Part shown: in pieces, positions 47,068-59,117 of the stretch
Position numbering within the stretch: the stretch's first letter is position 1
How the letters are laid out: the number at the start of each line of letters is the position of its first letter
Made by a program: the position numbers and the translations under genes
The notes under the pieces: model-generated
The model's input: only the letters and a program-made list of their open reading frames with translations
Told to the model about the DNA's origin: nothing
Database searches by the model: none
Assembly (NCBI GenBank): GCA_000004985.1
Contig: GG738845.1
Reading direction: 5' to 3' (one strand)
Origin: Naegleria gruberi
Taxonomy: Eukaryota
DNA length: 64,000 nt

Positions 47068-48305
47068 GAATTTTCATACATGCGTTGGTGGGATATGTTT
47101 GTCATATTAGATATTTAATAAAAATAAAATAAAAATTTTCGCATGCATATATATATATTTATGTATATATACATCCGAAAAAATTTTTGTTGAAAGTTGG
47201 TTTATAAGATGGTGGTTAAATTGGTTTATCTGAAAAATCATTTAATGTGATGTTAGATATAAAGATAATGAAATTAATTGAAAATTAAGAAGCAAAAATA
47301 AATTTTCAAAAATTTTATCGATTTGAAATTTAGAAAAGCTTAACAAAGTAATATAAAATACAAAGACCATTAATTTTTAAAAATCTTCTAAAGTTGGTAT
47401 TATCATTATGAAGATTATTGATTGGAAGTAATAATCTTTATGGTAAATTCAAAGAAAATGAATTCAAAGAAAAAACAAACTTTGTAAAAATATTACAAAA
47501 ACACTGTTATTAGAAGTATTAAAAGTAGAGTTGTGATAGTTGTTTATTAAAACAAAGAAAAACTCTTACACCAAGAAATAGACAACTAGATTCATGGAGG
47601 TTGATGGAGTGATAAGTTTAAAAATATATTTAAACAAAATCCCAATAAAATTCGATATGTTTTGCCTGAGATGGGTGGGGTGGTAATGGTATTTCTGAAA
47701 ACTCTATTATTAACTAATTCTTATTTATTTAAAGCACAACTCATTTGATTAAAAAGGTCAACAAATGATCCTATCTTGTTCCTGCTGGTGTTTGAATTGA
47801 TTTTGTTGTGAGTAAATTGATTTTTTTTTACTACATTTCAGAATTACAGATATAGCTTTTCTTTACAATAATCCATCTTAAACCACTTTTTGGATGTTGG
47901 TGACTAAAAAATCAGCAAAAAGCGAAGTTTGGGATAGATATTAATATAGCATCATACTTATAATTATATTCTTGCTCTTCTGAAAATAAAAACTTACATT
48001 TCAAACCTCATCCACAGAAAATAAAATAATTTATCGTTCGTAATATTTGGGAGTGGTATATAAAGGTGTTTGTATTAATAATGAGCTTTTCGGCAATTAA
48101 GAACTCTGTGTAACACTTGATGATTTGGGTTTAGATTGAGTGTTGTTGAGGGGGAGTGTGTTTTAAATAGGCAAATAGGAATTTTGAGTTTTTGGGAGGG
48201 ATAGTTGTTTCAGTAGTTTGGATCAAGTTTACTAAAATAAAAAACAAAAAACTCGCAGAAACTAGAGTAATTTTAACATATCTTGTATTTCCTTTAGAAT
48301 CAAGT

Positions 48306-48333
48306 AATTTATTAGTATTTCAATGAAAAATAC
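48306..48333 (+). repeat. Copy 2 of the perfect 28-nt direct repeat, aatttattagtatttcaatgaaaaatac.
   Basis: See copy 1. It lies about 275 nt upstream of the Zn2Cys6 factor ATG at 48610. Confidence 0.7.
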
Positions 48334-48609
48334 AATTAAGCAAACGTAGGTATTGTGAGTTTCTAGAAACCGTTAATTTATTGGTTGGAATAAATCTTGG
48401 GAGAACAATTATTTCCATTGAAGTTTCAGTGTTTTCTTTAAAATATTGAATTTTTAATAGGTTTATTGAAGAAGATATTTTACAGGTTCGTGATTTTCAA
48501 ATTTCTGAGAAAACTAAAATGAGATAGAATATTTATTGGCACAGTAAGTGAAAGAAGTGTAGTATGTTTTAAAAAAAGAAACGAATTATTTAAAATCTGA
48601 AACAAAAAA

Positions 48610-50103
48610 ATGTACAATCCGCCAGAGGATACTAGTTCGGAACAACAATTTCATCCTATCTCATGTAAAAATTGCAAACGTTTGCACAAAACTTGCAACA
48701 AAAGGTATCCAACTTGTAGCGGGTGTGAATGGAGAAACATTAGATGCGAATATGAGAAACCAAAGAGAGTAACGAACAAGAAGAAAACAAAGTCAGAAGT
48801 AACCTCCATTCAATGGATTGCAAATACGGAACAAAAAACTAGTGATAATATGGATCCATTATCGGATTGGATTGAAATTAGAAAATATATTGATCAGTAT
48901 TTTACAATATTGCATGAAATTAAATTTATTGAAAAAGAAGAGTTAGAACTTTATATGTTGAGGAGTGATAACTCAGCACAACTGCCCAACTTTAAACAGA
49001 TACGTGCTTTATTCTATTGTATAGTGGCACATTTGACACAAATATTAGCTCTTGAATGTGCTGATGATTCACTGAACAGAGCTGTTGAAGCTGTACGTGA
49101 GTTTTTCAACGAATACTCTAATTTTTATGTGGCTTGTTCTTATGGATTATTGGCATTGGTTGAAGTTGGGTATGGAAGGGTGAAGAATGCCAGATTCTAT
49201 TTGAAATTTGTTGATTTTTATATGGATGAACTTGCAAAGGAAGATAGGAATAATTATTATGTTGTTAATTTACAAAAATTACAAATAGTTGTATGTGTGG
49301 ATGCGAAATTTGATTCTTCTGTGAGCTGTGTTGTTAGAGATTGGTTTTATATTTTAGGAAAATATATTGGTATCGAGCTCCCAAAAGAATGGAAAGATTT
49401 TATTGTTCAAGAAATAGATGAAAATAATTACATACTATTTATTCAAATGCTGCAAGCACTCATTCAAATAGGAAAGTTAAATCTAAAAGATGAAAAAACA
49501 GTAAGATTTTATAACGAAACTGCAGACATGCTTTATCATGGAATACGCATAAGAATTCTTACTGAGATGAACAAGAGTCCAGAGTTGGTGGAAGAAAGTG
49601 CCTTGAAAATTGTTCATTTAACTGAGTCAGATATGTTTTCGGTATCTCCTGGATTTCTATCAAACTCTATTGCTGCATCTGCAAAAGTAATTCTTCACAT
49701 AGTTAGACTGATAGAAATGGGCCATAGAAAGAATTGTGATGAATTTTCGATACATGGACCAATTAATTATTTTCAAATTTTATCTAAAATTTACAGAGGC
49801 TTGCAAATTATGGGAAAACGATTCAGGAAAGTATTTCTTCTTCAGGGTTCAACAATCAAGGAAATTGAAATTATTTTAAATCAATATTCTCTTAATTCTC
49901 CTTTGACAAGAGTTGATATGAACAATATTTCGTCAGAAAATAGTGGACCATCAATTACAGAATTCTTCCAGATTATTTCAGCAAATAAGGACACTTCTGA
50001 ATATGAACGAATGCAATATGAGCGAAATGTATTCAATATTTTACAACATATACAATTGCCTAATAGCAAACCAACAAGTAATTACCCACCTATGGGTTTG
50101 TAA
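48610..50103 (+). CDS. Zn(II)2Cys6 binuclear-cluster (Gal4-type) transcription factor.
   Basis: The N-terminal motif is CKNCKRLHKTCNKRYPTCSGCEWRNIRC, that is C-x2-C-x6-C-x6-C-x2-C-x6-C, followed by a basic linker (KPKRVTNKKKTK). The remaining 400 aa is helical with no other recognised domain. Confidence 0.75.
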   Translation: MYNPPEDTSSEQQFHPISCKNCKRLHKTCNKRYPTCSGCEWRNIRCEYEKPKRVTNKKKTKSEVTSIQWIANTEQKTSDNMDPLSDWIEIRKYIDQYFTILHEIKFIEKEELELYMLRSDNSAQLPNFKQIRALFYCIVAHLTQILALECADDSLNRAVEAVREFFNEYSNFYVACSYGLLALVEVGYGRVKNARFYLKFVDFYMDELAKEDRNNYYVVNLQKLQIVVCVDAKFDSSVSCVVRDWFYILGKYIGIELPKEWKDFIVQEIDENNYILFIQMLQALIQIGKLNLKDEKTVRFYNETADMLYHGIRIRILTEMNKSPELVEESALKIVHLTESDMFSVSPGFLSNSIAASAKVILHIVRLIEMGHRKNCDEFSIHGPINYFQILSKIYRGLQIMGKRFRKVFLLQGSTIKEIEIILNQYSLNSPLTRVDMNNISSENSGPSITEFFQIISANKDTSEYERMQYERNVFNILQHIQLPNSKPTSNYPPMGL

Positions 50104-50198
50104 ATAAATTATTAAATCATAAACTCCAATTAAATAAATAATAGAAATGAAGCTTACAACAACAGCAAACAATCAATTCTGATTTCTGTTAAAAAAAA

Positions 50199-51898
50199 AT
50201 GCAAACTACCAAACGTTCCGTTTCCGTGGTTACTTCCTCCTTGAAGCGCACTCTTGCCAGTGGTCAAAAGAGAAATTTCTCATCAGGTATCGTTAACAAT
50301 GGTGTTAACACTGAAAAATGGGCTGCACAATTGAATGCCTCTTTAAAGGATGTTGATCCTGAATTGTTTGATATCATTGAACACGAAAAGAATAGACAAT
50401 ACAAGGGTTTGCAATTGATTCCATCAGAGGTAAATATATTTTAATTATAATTTTGATCATAAAATTTCGGAACGATAATTAATTTGGAATATTATATTTA
50501 AACATTTGATGACGATTCATAAACAATTAATACCAACAACAATTTAAATAATACCAATACTTGTTTAATAATAATAACAGAACTTTACTTCCAAGGCCGT
50601 TTTGGATGCTTTGGGATCTGTCATGCAAAACAAGTACAGTGAAGGTTATCCAGGAAAGCGTTATTATGGTGGTAATGAATATATTGACATGTCTGAATCT
50701 CTCTGTCAAAAGAGAGCCCTTGAAGCATTCAATTTAGATCCAAAGGAATGGGGTGTTAACGTTCAAAGTTTGAGTGGTTCTCCAGCTAACTTTTATGTTT
50801 ACACTGCTTTACTTCAACCTCATGATAGAATTCTCTCATTGGATTTGCCACATGGAGGCCAGTAAGTTTTTTTCACACATACACTCAATTCAATCTTTCC
50901 TTAGTCTTTCACATGGTTACCAAACTCCAACAAAGAAAATTTCTGCAGTCAGTATCTATTTTGAAACATTAGGATACAGATTGAATGAAGAAACTGGTTT
51001 GATTGATTATGCCAAGATGGAAGAATTGGCTGATTATTATAGACCAAAGTTGGTTGTTGCTGGTGCTAGTGCTTATTCTCGTTTGATTGATTATGCTGCC
51101 TTCAGAAAGGTTTGCGATAAGCATAATGCTTACCTTGTTTCTGATATGGCTCACATCAGTGGTTTGGTTGCTGCTGGTGTTATTCCATCACCATTTGAAC
51201 ACTCACATGTTGTCACTACTACTACTCACAAGAGTTTGAGAGGACCAAGAGGCGCCATGATCTTCTACAGAAAGTCAATTGAAGGTCTCGAGGATAAGAT
51301 TAATGCTGCTGTTTTCCCAGGTCATCAAGGTGGTCCACACAATCATACCATCTCTGCTTTGGCTGTTGCCTTAAAGATGGCTACAACCCCAGAGTACAAG
51401 GAATATCAAGAACAAGTTTTGAAGAATTGTAAAGTTTTGACTGAAGAAATGAAAAAGTTGGGCTACAAGATTGTCAGTGATGGTACTGATAACCACTTGC
51501 TCCTTGTTGATTTGAGAAATAAGGGTGTAGATGGTGCTAGAGTTGAAGCTGTTCTTGAACGTTCGAGCATTGCTGTCAATAAGAATACCGTCCCAGGTGA
51601 TAAATCTGCTATGGTTCCAGGTGGTATCAGAATGGGTTCACCTGCTTTGACAACCAGAGGATTTTTGGAAACTGACTTTGCTCAAGTTGCCCAATTTGTT
51701 CATGAGGGTATTCAAATTGCTCAAAAGACTAAGGTTGAACTTGAAAAGCAAGGTCTCAAGAAGGTTAAGGACTTTAAGGATCATTTGGATCAAAACCCAG
51801 ACGCTGTTGGTATTACTCAATTGAGAAATAAGATTGAATCATTCAGCAAGTCATTCCCATCCATTGGTTTTGACAAGGAATTCATGAAATACAAATAA
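50199..51898 (+). CDS. SHM: Serine hydroxymethyltransferase, mitochondrial precursor. Three exons: 50199..50429, 50581..50861 and 50905..51898.
   Basis: The N-terminus is presequence-like: [22 protein letters not shown]. Exon 1 ends LQLIPSE|, then [36 protein letters not shown]...LDLPHGGH|[20 protein letters not shown]... The PLP site [13 protein letters not shown] and the C-terminal domain follow. The introns are 151 and 43 nt. Confidence 0.9.
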
Positions 51899-52039
51899 AT
51901 CAAATAGCTTTAAACTCATAATTACTAGATATAGAATATGATATATTTAAAAGATCAAAAGTATACTTTCCATCTTTGGAGATTGAAATTAACATTCGTT
52001 CCATTTTTGTAACATGAACCAGAAAAGTTACAATAAATA

Positions 52040-53246
52040 GTGAATCACATCAGAAGAGTATTTAATATTCTTTTAGAAAAAATGAAATCCCTCTGTTTGA
52101 ACGTTACGTTTTGTTTTCATACCTTCTTTGAGATTCTTCAATCACTATGTCACCTGTTATTATTCAGTACTGCAATCATGTTTAGAGAGCATGCAGAGAG
52201 AATGAATTCCCATCTCCTATTGAATCGATCAGTGATGTACTTGGTTATTGGAGTTTCCTTGATGTTATTAATTCTACTTAAGGTTTTTGTTTGGGTTTCT
52301 TCAATTTTGACCTTTAGAAAATTGTCATACAGAGTTGAAACTGACTACCATCCACTCTCCTCTGATGAATGTTCATCAGTCAAGTTGGTAGAAAGAGTCA
52401 ATTCAAGATCATGGATTCAAAACATCAGATTATTGTACTATATTAGAAAATCCATTCATTCTAACATTTTTGTGTTTGCCTTATCAACAATTTCATTTGC
52501 CTCTATGGTTTCTTGGTATGTTGTTTTTTCGTTTATTCTAATGTTCAATATTGTACGAATCAACTTGTTGTTACTTTTCCATTAGTGTAACGTTGAGTAT
52601 TCTCTTCATTCTATACTATTACACTATTGAATATGTCTTGATCACTTGTATTACTTCACTTGTTGTAACTATTTTAAGCATACCAATCAATACTTTCCTC
52701 TTCCTTCATTCCTTCATCAATGAATCTCTCAACAAGTTGGGTCACACAGCTGGAGAGTCATCAAACCCTCAACATGATGAAGAAAACAAATTCACTCACA
52801 ACACAACCATTCAAACACCTCGTTCCACCATGTCTCAAGATGAAAAGGGAAATGAAACGTCCTATGAATCTTCCATACTTTCTGGAGGTGATGGTTATTC
52901 AATTATTAATAGTGAAACATCTCATCTTATTACAAGTGGTGGTGGTGGAGCAATATTTGAGAGAGATCACAATTCTTTGGAGGATAAAGATGAGAATGAG
53001 GCAAGGCCCTTCTTTACTACCTCAACAAGTTCCTCTCCAATGCAAATCAAATTAGATCATCACCATCAACAACAATTTGATAATCCATTGCAAGGAACCT
53101 CCAATTTCACTAATTTGGTTCAGGATGATCCACCCCAAGAAATTCAAAAACCACAACAAGTCAAACCAAAAAACAATAATGCAAATAATAAGAAACTAAA
53201 GAAGAAGAAGAAACAAAATCTAGCCCAAATTGAAACTCTTAATTAG
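52040..53246 (+). CDS. Hypothetical polytopic membrane protein with a Ser/Gln-rich C-terminal tail. The reading frame switches near 52550-52590, from an unresolved intron, a frameshift or a pseudogene.
   Basis: ORF 52040..52585 is hydrophobic with several TM-like segments. It overlaps ORF 52551..53246 in another frame. That ORF starts with more TM-like segments and then a disordered tail ending KKLKKKKKQN. The only GT...AG pair at the overlap (GTACGA...CATTAG) would give a 33-nt intron in the wrong phase. Confidence 0.3.
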
Positions 53247-53419
53247 ATGATGGTCCATGCATGATATGAAGTGAAAATAAAACATAAATTCAATCAGTTA
53301 AACTGCCCTACTAGTCTCTAAAAGTGAAGGGAAGAAACAAAAGATCTTACCTAAATCACAAATCAAAAAAAATCTTTTATTTCATGTGGATATAATAATA
53401 TTTAACCATCAAATCATGC

Positions 53420-54628
53420 ATGATAGTAACAACAATGGATAGTTTAGAAGCAACAACCACAGCACCTGTAGAAGAAGAAACAACTGCTGGCACATGCTCT
53501 TCTTCGGTTGTTTGTAACGAAATATCATCATGGAATAATACAACAACAACAACAACGAAATATAATAATGAGGAGGAAATAATTATTGTTGAAACTAACG
53601 ATGATATTGATGATGCAAGTCCAATACAATCGGAAATTACTCAACATCCCATGTTCTACTTTGATGATTCACAAACAGATGCAGGAGATGATATTCATTA
53701 TACAACTTCATTACTAGCTAGTAATACCAATAATAACAGCAACGTTCATTCTCCATATGGAGTTAGACTTGTTGCAAGGAAAATTGGTAACATTCTTCAA
53801 ACCTCAGTTAGTAGGACTATCAGTGGAGGAAAATCTCTGTTGGGAGCTGTTAGAAAACCATTAATGACAGGTAATGATGAACATTTTGAGGTTATTATTA
53901 CTGATCCCAATAATGTTAATAGTGAAATTATGCAATTTAATACAATGCAGAGAAAGGTATTTAATCTTTCTGCAGTTTATTCTAAAGTAATTGGATGGAG
54001 AAAGAAAGCTACCAGACAAATAAGGAGACGTATCAATAATTATGATGATAATTATTTACATCCTCCCACTCAATTGAGTGATAATCATCTCACTAGACCT
54101 TTTAGAAAAAGAAAACGGAAAGTTCCAACATGTTCCACTTGTATTATTCCACAAGAAATTTGGGCCTACAATGTTCTTCCCTACATGAGTTGGACTGACA
54201 AGTTGATAATGAGAATTGTCTCCAAAATGTTTCTCATAATGGTTCAAGAACAGGATGAAACATGGAGTGAATTATTTGAAGCAAAGAGTTTAAAGTACTT
54301 TGGTGAACCAACTGATTTGTGGAAAAATACACATAATTACTTTTACTATGATTTGGATGAGGCAATAGTAAAACAATATTTTGAGGAAGTTCTTTTTGAA
54401 CGATATAGGAAAATATACAGACATTTTTTCAACACACTTAAATTATCCTACCAACAAGATTCCCAAGCAATTATTTCATCCAGTCATACAAATATTGAAA
54501 GACAAGAGAGTTTTATTTCGTACTTATCATCTAGTAGATCAATTTCTGAAAGAAAGAAACAAGTCAACCAAAGAAAAAATCTATCCCAACAAGAGTTACT
54601 CAAAAGCGTTGAACACAGAAGTAAATAA
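53420..54628 (+). CDS. F-box-like domain protein (hypothetical).
   Basis: IPQEIWAYNVLPYMSWTDKLIMRIVSKMF resembles the F-box consensus (LP.EI...IL.yL...dl....VSK.W). It follows a basic KRKRK stretch. The N-terminus is acidic with poly-T/poly-N runs. Confidence 0.45.
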   Translation: MIVTTMDSLEATTTAPVEEETTAGTCSSSVVCNEISSWNNTTTTTTKYNNEEEIIIVETNDDIDDASPIQSEITQHPMFYFDDSQTDAGDDIHYTTSLLASNTNNNSNVHSPYGVRLVARKIGNILQTSVSRTISGGKSLLGAVRKPLMTGNDEHFEVIITDPNNVNSEIMQFNTMQRKVFNLSAVYSKVIGWRKKATRQIRRRINNYDDNYLHPPTQLSDNHLTRPFRKRKRKVPTCSTCIIPQEIWAYNVLPYMSWTDKLIMRIVSKMFLIMVQEQDETWSELFEAKSLKYFGEPTDLWKNTHNYFYYDLDEAIVKQYFEEVLFERYRKIYRHFFNTLKLSYQQDSQAIISSSHTNIERQESFISYLSSSRSISERKKQVNQRKNLSQQELLKSVEHRSK

Positions 54629-54677
54629 TAACAAGTATTCACTTGAAAATGATGGAAGACCAAGATCTCCCAATGAG

Positions 54678-55412
54678 ATGTACCTGTACATGACATTAAC
54701 AGTTGTGTGCTGTATACTATTTTTTGTCTTTTTAAATATTCGGCTCGTTCATCCGTATTGTAATAACTTAATAGAGAGTTATTATGCTGGAGAGGTAAAA
54801 TTAACTGAGGCAGAAGCTTCCAGTTTGCTACTCTCAGAGGTTTTTAATAATGGTGTAGTCTTGTGCTCACCCTTACTTTCGATTTTAGGACTCTTCACTC
54901 TATATCTTTTAAGATCCACACATATGGGAGTGCAATACACAAAGTATGCACTCAGATTTTCTCCTAGGTATTTTTTGATTGGAATTGGTGTTTGGAAATT
55001 TGTAACACCGTTCATTATTTGGCTATTCAGTTCATTTTCAGTTATTCTATTCGTATTGTATCTGGTTTTTGAAACAATTCCAGCTCTAGTTCCAACAATA
55101 CCAATAATGATTTTACATTTGGGTTTAATTTTAGTATTTGGTTGGTCAATTCTCTACTTTTTTGTCATGTTCATTACATGCTCATTGGATAGAAAGTCAC
55201 TTATTGAAAATGCCATGACTTGTATTTATGGCATTTTCATGATTTCATCCCCAATTGCTTTCTATGTACTATTAGGATTGGGTTTTAGTAGTGGTTACAT
55301 AGCAATACCATGTTGCGTATTCTTTTTAACTCTACTTTTATATGGAATGAATTATCTCAATTATTTGGAAGATTTTTTCACTATGAACGAGGATAAACTG
55401 CCATTCTCTTAA
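54678..55412 (+). CDS. Hypothetical multi-pass membrane protein with about 6 TM segments.
   Basis: MYLYMTLTVVCCILFFVFLNI... has successive hydrophobic helices through to ...LTLLLYGMNYLNYL. The start was chosen at the first in-frame ATG after the upstream gene's stop. The ORF track extends it back into the preceding gene. Confidence 0.45.
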   Translation: MYLYMTLTVVCCILFFVFLNIRLVHPYCNNLIESYYAGEVKLTEAEASSLLLSEVFNNGVVLCSPLLSILGLFTLYLLRSTHMGVQYTKYALRFSPRYFLIGIGVWKFVTPFIIWLFSSFSVILFVLYLVFETIPALVPTIPIMILHLGLILVFGWSILYFFVMFITCSLDRKSLIENAMTCIYGIFMISSPIAFYVLLGLGFSSGYIAIPCCVFFLTLLLYGMNYLNYLEDFFTMNEDKLPFS

Positions 55413-55514
55413 TCACATTCAGACCAATATGCAAGAGCAGGAATGCCAATACTATTTTATAATAAAAACCAATATTTAAAAAAAAATTCATTAAAAAAAA
55501 AGTTCAAAAAAAAA

Positions 55515-57442
55515 ATGAATGATAATACGGATTCGTCAGCATCAGCAGGAGGTATTTCAAGTTGGAGAAATGCTTCGGGAGCTGATGAAGAGGATAAACC
55601 AAAACCAACATCATCATGGCTCGGATTGACAAGAGTTAATAAAGTCAACGAAAAATATAGGACCAATCAATCAAGAGATTTGGCTCTCCGATTTTTAGAA
55701 GAACAAAGTGATGATGAAGCAGATGATATTTCTAAAAAGAGAACCTACGATGAGATGGAAAACGATGATAATATCGAGGAGGAAGAAGACATTTCTAAAA
55801 GAACAGATGAAACTACAGCTGCTGTCATTAATATTTGGGCTAAAAAACAAAAAATCAATGAGGAAAAGGATGTCAGATTGGGAAATGTTTGGGTTATGAG
55901 TAATTGTAAAGTCAGTGTGGAAAAGGCATCACTCTCTGAAAATATTGTTGAATGTTTAAAGAATAATAGACACAACCCAGTTCGTGAATTATTTGCAGTT
56001 CAGAGAGCTGTTGTTCCTGTTTTAATTGCCATGACAAAGAGTGGTGTACCTGGTGACATTTGTATTGGTTCACCAACTGGTAGTGGTAAAACTCTTTCCT
56101 ATGTATTGCCAATCGTAGAAGTTTTATCATCACTTAAATTTACAAAACTGAGAGCTATTGTAATTGTACCAAATTCTCAATTGGTGAAACAAGTAACACA
56201 AGTTTTTAGATCATTTGAAAAGTATACATCACTTAAAGTGAAATCATTGAATCCTTACAATAGATTTGAATCAGAACAATCTGACTTGGTTGACTCTTTA
56301 ACTGGTGATTCAAAAGTTGATATTCTTATTGGAACTCCTTCTCTTTTTGTTGAACACATCAAAAAGACAAAGAATTTCACGTTGGAACATTTGAAGTTTT
56401 TAGTATACGATGAAGTTGATACCCTATTATCAGATGAACATTCTTCTTTCATTAAGGTTATTGCTGATACATATTATAATTGGTAAGTATGATGTCCTTA
56501 TTTATAACAATAATAATACTTGACAATATACAGCACATCTGTAATTAGTAGAAGAGCCAAAACTCAAATTATTCCAAATATTCCTCTTCCTGTTGCCCAT
56601 TCATTTGCTAGAATTATTTGTTGTTCAGCCACTATTACTTCCCATGCTGGTAAACTTGATATCATTAGATTGAATAGACCTCAATTCTTTACATATTTGG
56701 CTCCAGCTAAATTGAGATCAGCAGAAGATATGTCAACATCATTGGACGATCCTCTTGTTGGTAAAAAGTATTACATTCCAGATACATTGGCTGTAAGTAC
56801 TCTATTATTAATTGAATGATTTTTAATGTCATTTAGCAATTCATTGTCAAGTATGAAGCTGTTACTAAACCACTCTATCTTATTGCTCTTTTATTGGATA
56901 ACAAGTGTAGAAGCAAAAAGACACTTGTATTTTGTAATGACAGTCAGACAGCTCATAGATTAAATTTACTACTTGAAACTGCCGTCAGTGAAGGGGCTTT
57001 CAATTCCAAAGATGCTTTTGGTATTGCTCCAGAACTCAATACAAAATTCTCTGAATATTACAATCCAAAAGATAAGAAGTCTACAACCATACTGAATAAT
57101 TTCAGAAAGGGACATTTCAATGTATTAATTTGTACAGATGTTATTGGAAGAGGTTTTGATATTGAGGTTGATTTTGTGATAAACTATGATGCTCCTCTCA
57201 CCTTAAAGACTTACATTCACAGAATTGGTAGAACTGCCAGAGCTGAAAAGGAAGGTACTTCATTTACATTCTTAACTGGACCTGAAATCGAGACATACAA
57301 ATCCAAGTTGACTTCAAGAGCAGAAATGAGCAATCTCTTGGAAGAATTTATCATTCCTCACAGACGTTTGAACAAGTTTGTGGAACCATTCAGACACATT
57401 TTGGATAAGTACAAGGAAAAGATTGAAAAAAGTAAAGATTAA
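55515..57442 (+). CDS. DEAD/DEVD-box RNA helicase, DDX51/Dbp6-like (ribosome biogenesis). Three exons: 55515..56482, 56534..56792 and 56837..57442.
   Basis: Motif I is [17 protein letters not shown]. Motif II is DEVD. SAT in exon 2 is CCSATITS. The C-terminal RecA domain has [14 protein letters not shown] and [13 protein letters not shown]. The two GTAAGT introns are 51 and 44 nt and both are in frame. The N-terminus is acidic. Confidence 0.75.
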
Positions 57443-58882
57443 TCCTTTTTCTCTTTATTTTCTTCTGGTTTTTGTTTTCTAAAGAAACTGACGCCCAACA
57501 ATAAAACAGCAATACCAACAATTGCGCCATAAACAACAGCTATGAGAGGTGCGTATTGTTTTCTATTGTGATAGGTAATCATTTCATGATAATTATAGAT
57601 GGATTGAGAGTGTTGTTTGAATGAGTTGATCAAGGCAACAATTTCATTTCTTTGCAATGTGTGGAAGACATGATCACCATCCAAATTAATCTTGAGAGCA
57701 GTGGCCAATCCCAAAACATCTAATTTAGCCCACATTTTGCATTTTTCACATGCAACACAATCCATAATTGAGGAAATATTTCTAAATGATGCCTTCATTT
57801 GAGTTCTCAAATCAGCCATTTCTTCACTCTTGAACATTTGTTTTTCATCAAAAGCAATTCCACACATTTTGTTTTCCAAGAGTTTGGACATTAAGGCTGA
57901 AGTTTCCAAATCTTCCATTTCATTTTCAGTATTAAAATTGTATGACTTTAAGAATGGTGCTGCCTTTTGAAGGGCTCTCAAAGTAAAAGTGTACAAAAAA
58001 TATAAATTCTTTACACGATCAGGGAATGGCAAAATAGCCTTTTCAAACATTTCATAGTTAGGAGTGTAGGAATCATAGGTTGGATTCTCATCATGACCAA
58101 ACTTGAGAGTGTAATATCTGGCGATTTTCATTGTGATGGAGATGTGGAGTCCTGAAATTAATTTGTAAAAAACTCGTTCCTCAAAGCACATGTCATTTAA
58201 ATTTCTATTCACAAAACAGTTAACTCCATAAATAGCGTTCCAAACTCTGGAAGCTTCCTCACCAGAATATCCTGTTCTAGTTTCTGGATTCCTCAAAAGA
58301 TTAATATATGTAAGCTTTGCTCCATCTCCTTCTTTCTTTGTCCAACAATCAATATCCTCATCTTGCCACTTTTGTACCTTTTTTCCTTGAGAACTCAACC
58401 CCAAAAACTTATTCACCTTATCCGTAAGTATAGGTGTTGATTTTTTCCAAGATATTGGTATTTCATTTTCATCACATTCACAAACAGAACATCCACCTTT
58501 TCCTGTGCATACTTTTTTCATTGCCCAGAAGGGACAAGGACTAGAAAGGTCAACTTTGAAAATTTTAAAGAATTGTTTAGACTAAACAATTAAATTATTC
58601 TCTTGTATATGTATATAAAAAACATACAACCAATTCCTTAAGTATTGGGAAAATCTTTTCATTATTATTTTGCTCTATTGAGGCAATTGTACAATTAGCA
58701 TCTTCCAAAATTTGATCCGATCCAAAAACATATGTTGATGGTTTAATTTTCAACAAATCCTCCAATCCAATACAATACGACACATTAATCATCATACAAA
58801 CCATCAACATTACCATCACTGTACTCAATACCAGTGATAATGTTGAAATCCTTCTCGGAATTGTTTTTGCTCGTTGTTGCAT
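57439..58882 (-). CDS. ERO1: Endoplasmic reticulum oxidoreductin 1 (ERO1). Two exons: 58628..58882 and 57439..58581.
   Basis: Exon 1 has a signal/TM segment ([17 protein letters not shown]) and ...[11 protein letters not shown]|GTATGT (46-nt intron). Exon 2 begins [42 protein letters not shown], to compare with yeast Ero1 [28 protein letters not shown]. The active-site motif is [24 protein letters not shown] (ERO1 CxxCxxC). The C-terminus is a TM anchor. Confidence 0.85.
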
Positions 58883-59109
58883 TTTTTATTTTGTAATTTT
58901 GGCAAAGATCGGAATCTTACCCATCATTGCACTATTCTTATTATTATTCATAATTGGACACGTGTTGGTGCGTGAGGAAAAAATTCAATATCCATATGCT
59001 TTTCCAATTCCTTGCACATCCATATATCGAATAGTTTTTTAATTTCGAGTTATTTATTTTAGACCTGATAAATAATCGAATAAACCATTTAAACTTTTGA
59101 TTGGTCAGA

Positions 59110-59117
59110 TGACGTCA
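59110..59117. promoter_or_regulatory. Perfect palindromic CRE/ATF-type bZIP site TGACGTCA in the divergent ERO1–MetH intergenic region.
   Basis: tcagaTGACGTCAtttatt. An adjacent ATTGG (inverted CCAAT) sits at 59099-59103. It is 209 nt upstream of the MetH ATG and 228 nt upstream of the ERO1 ATG. Confidence 0.3.

Noticed and set aside
45100-48600. tRNA, snRNA or 5S genes in the gene desert.
   Set aside because: A scan by eye found no tRNA T-loop box (GGTTCGAnTCC), no D-loop box (TRGCnnAGTGG), and no U6 or U2 signature strings. A small-RNA gene is not excluded, but nothing supports one.
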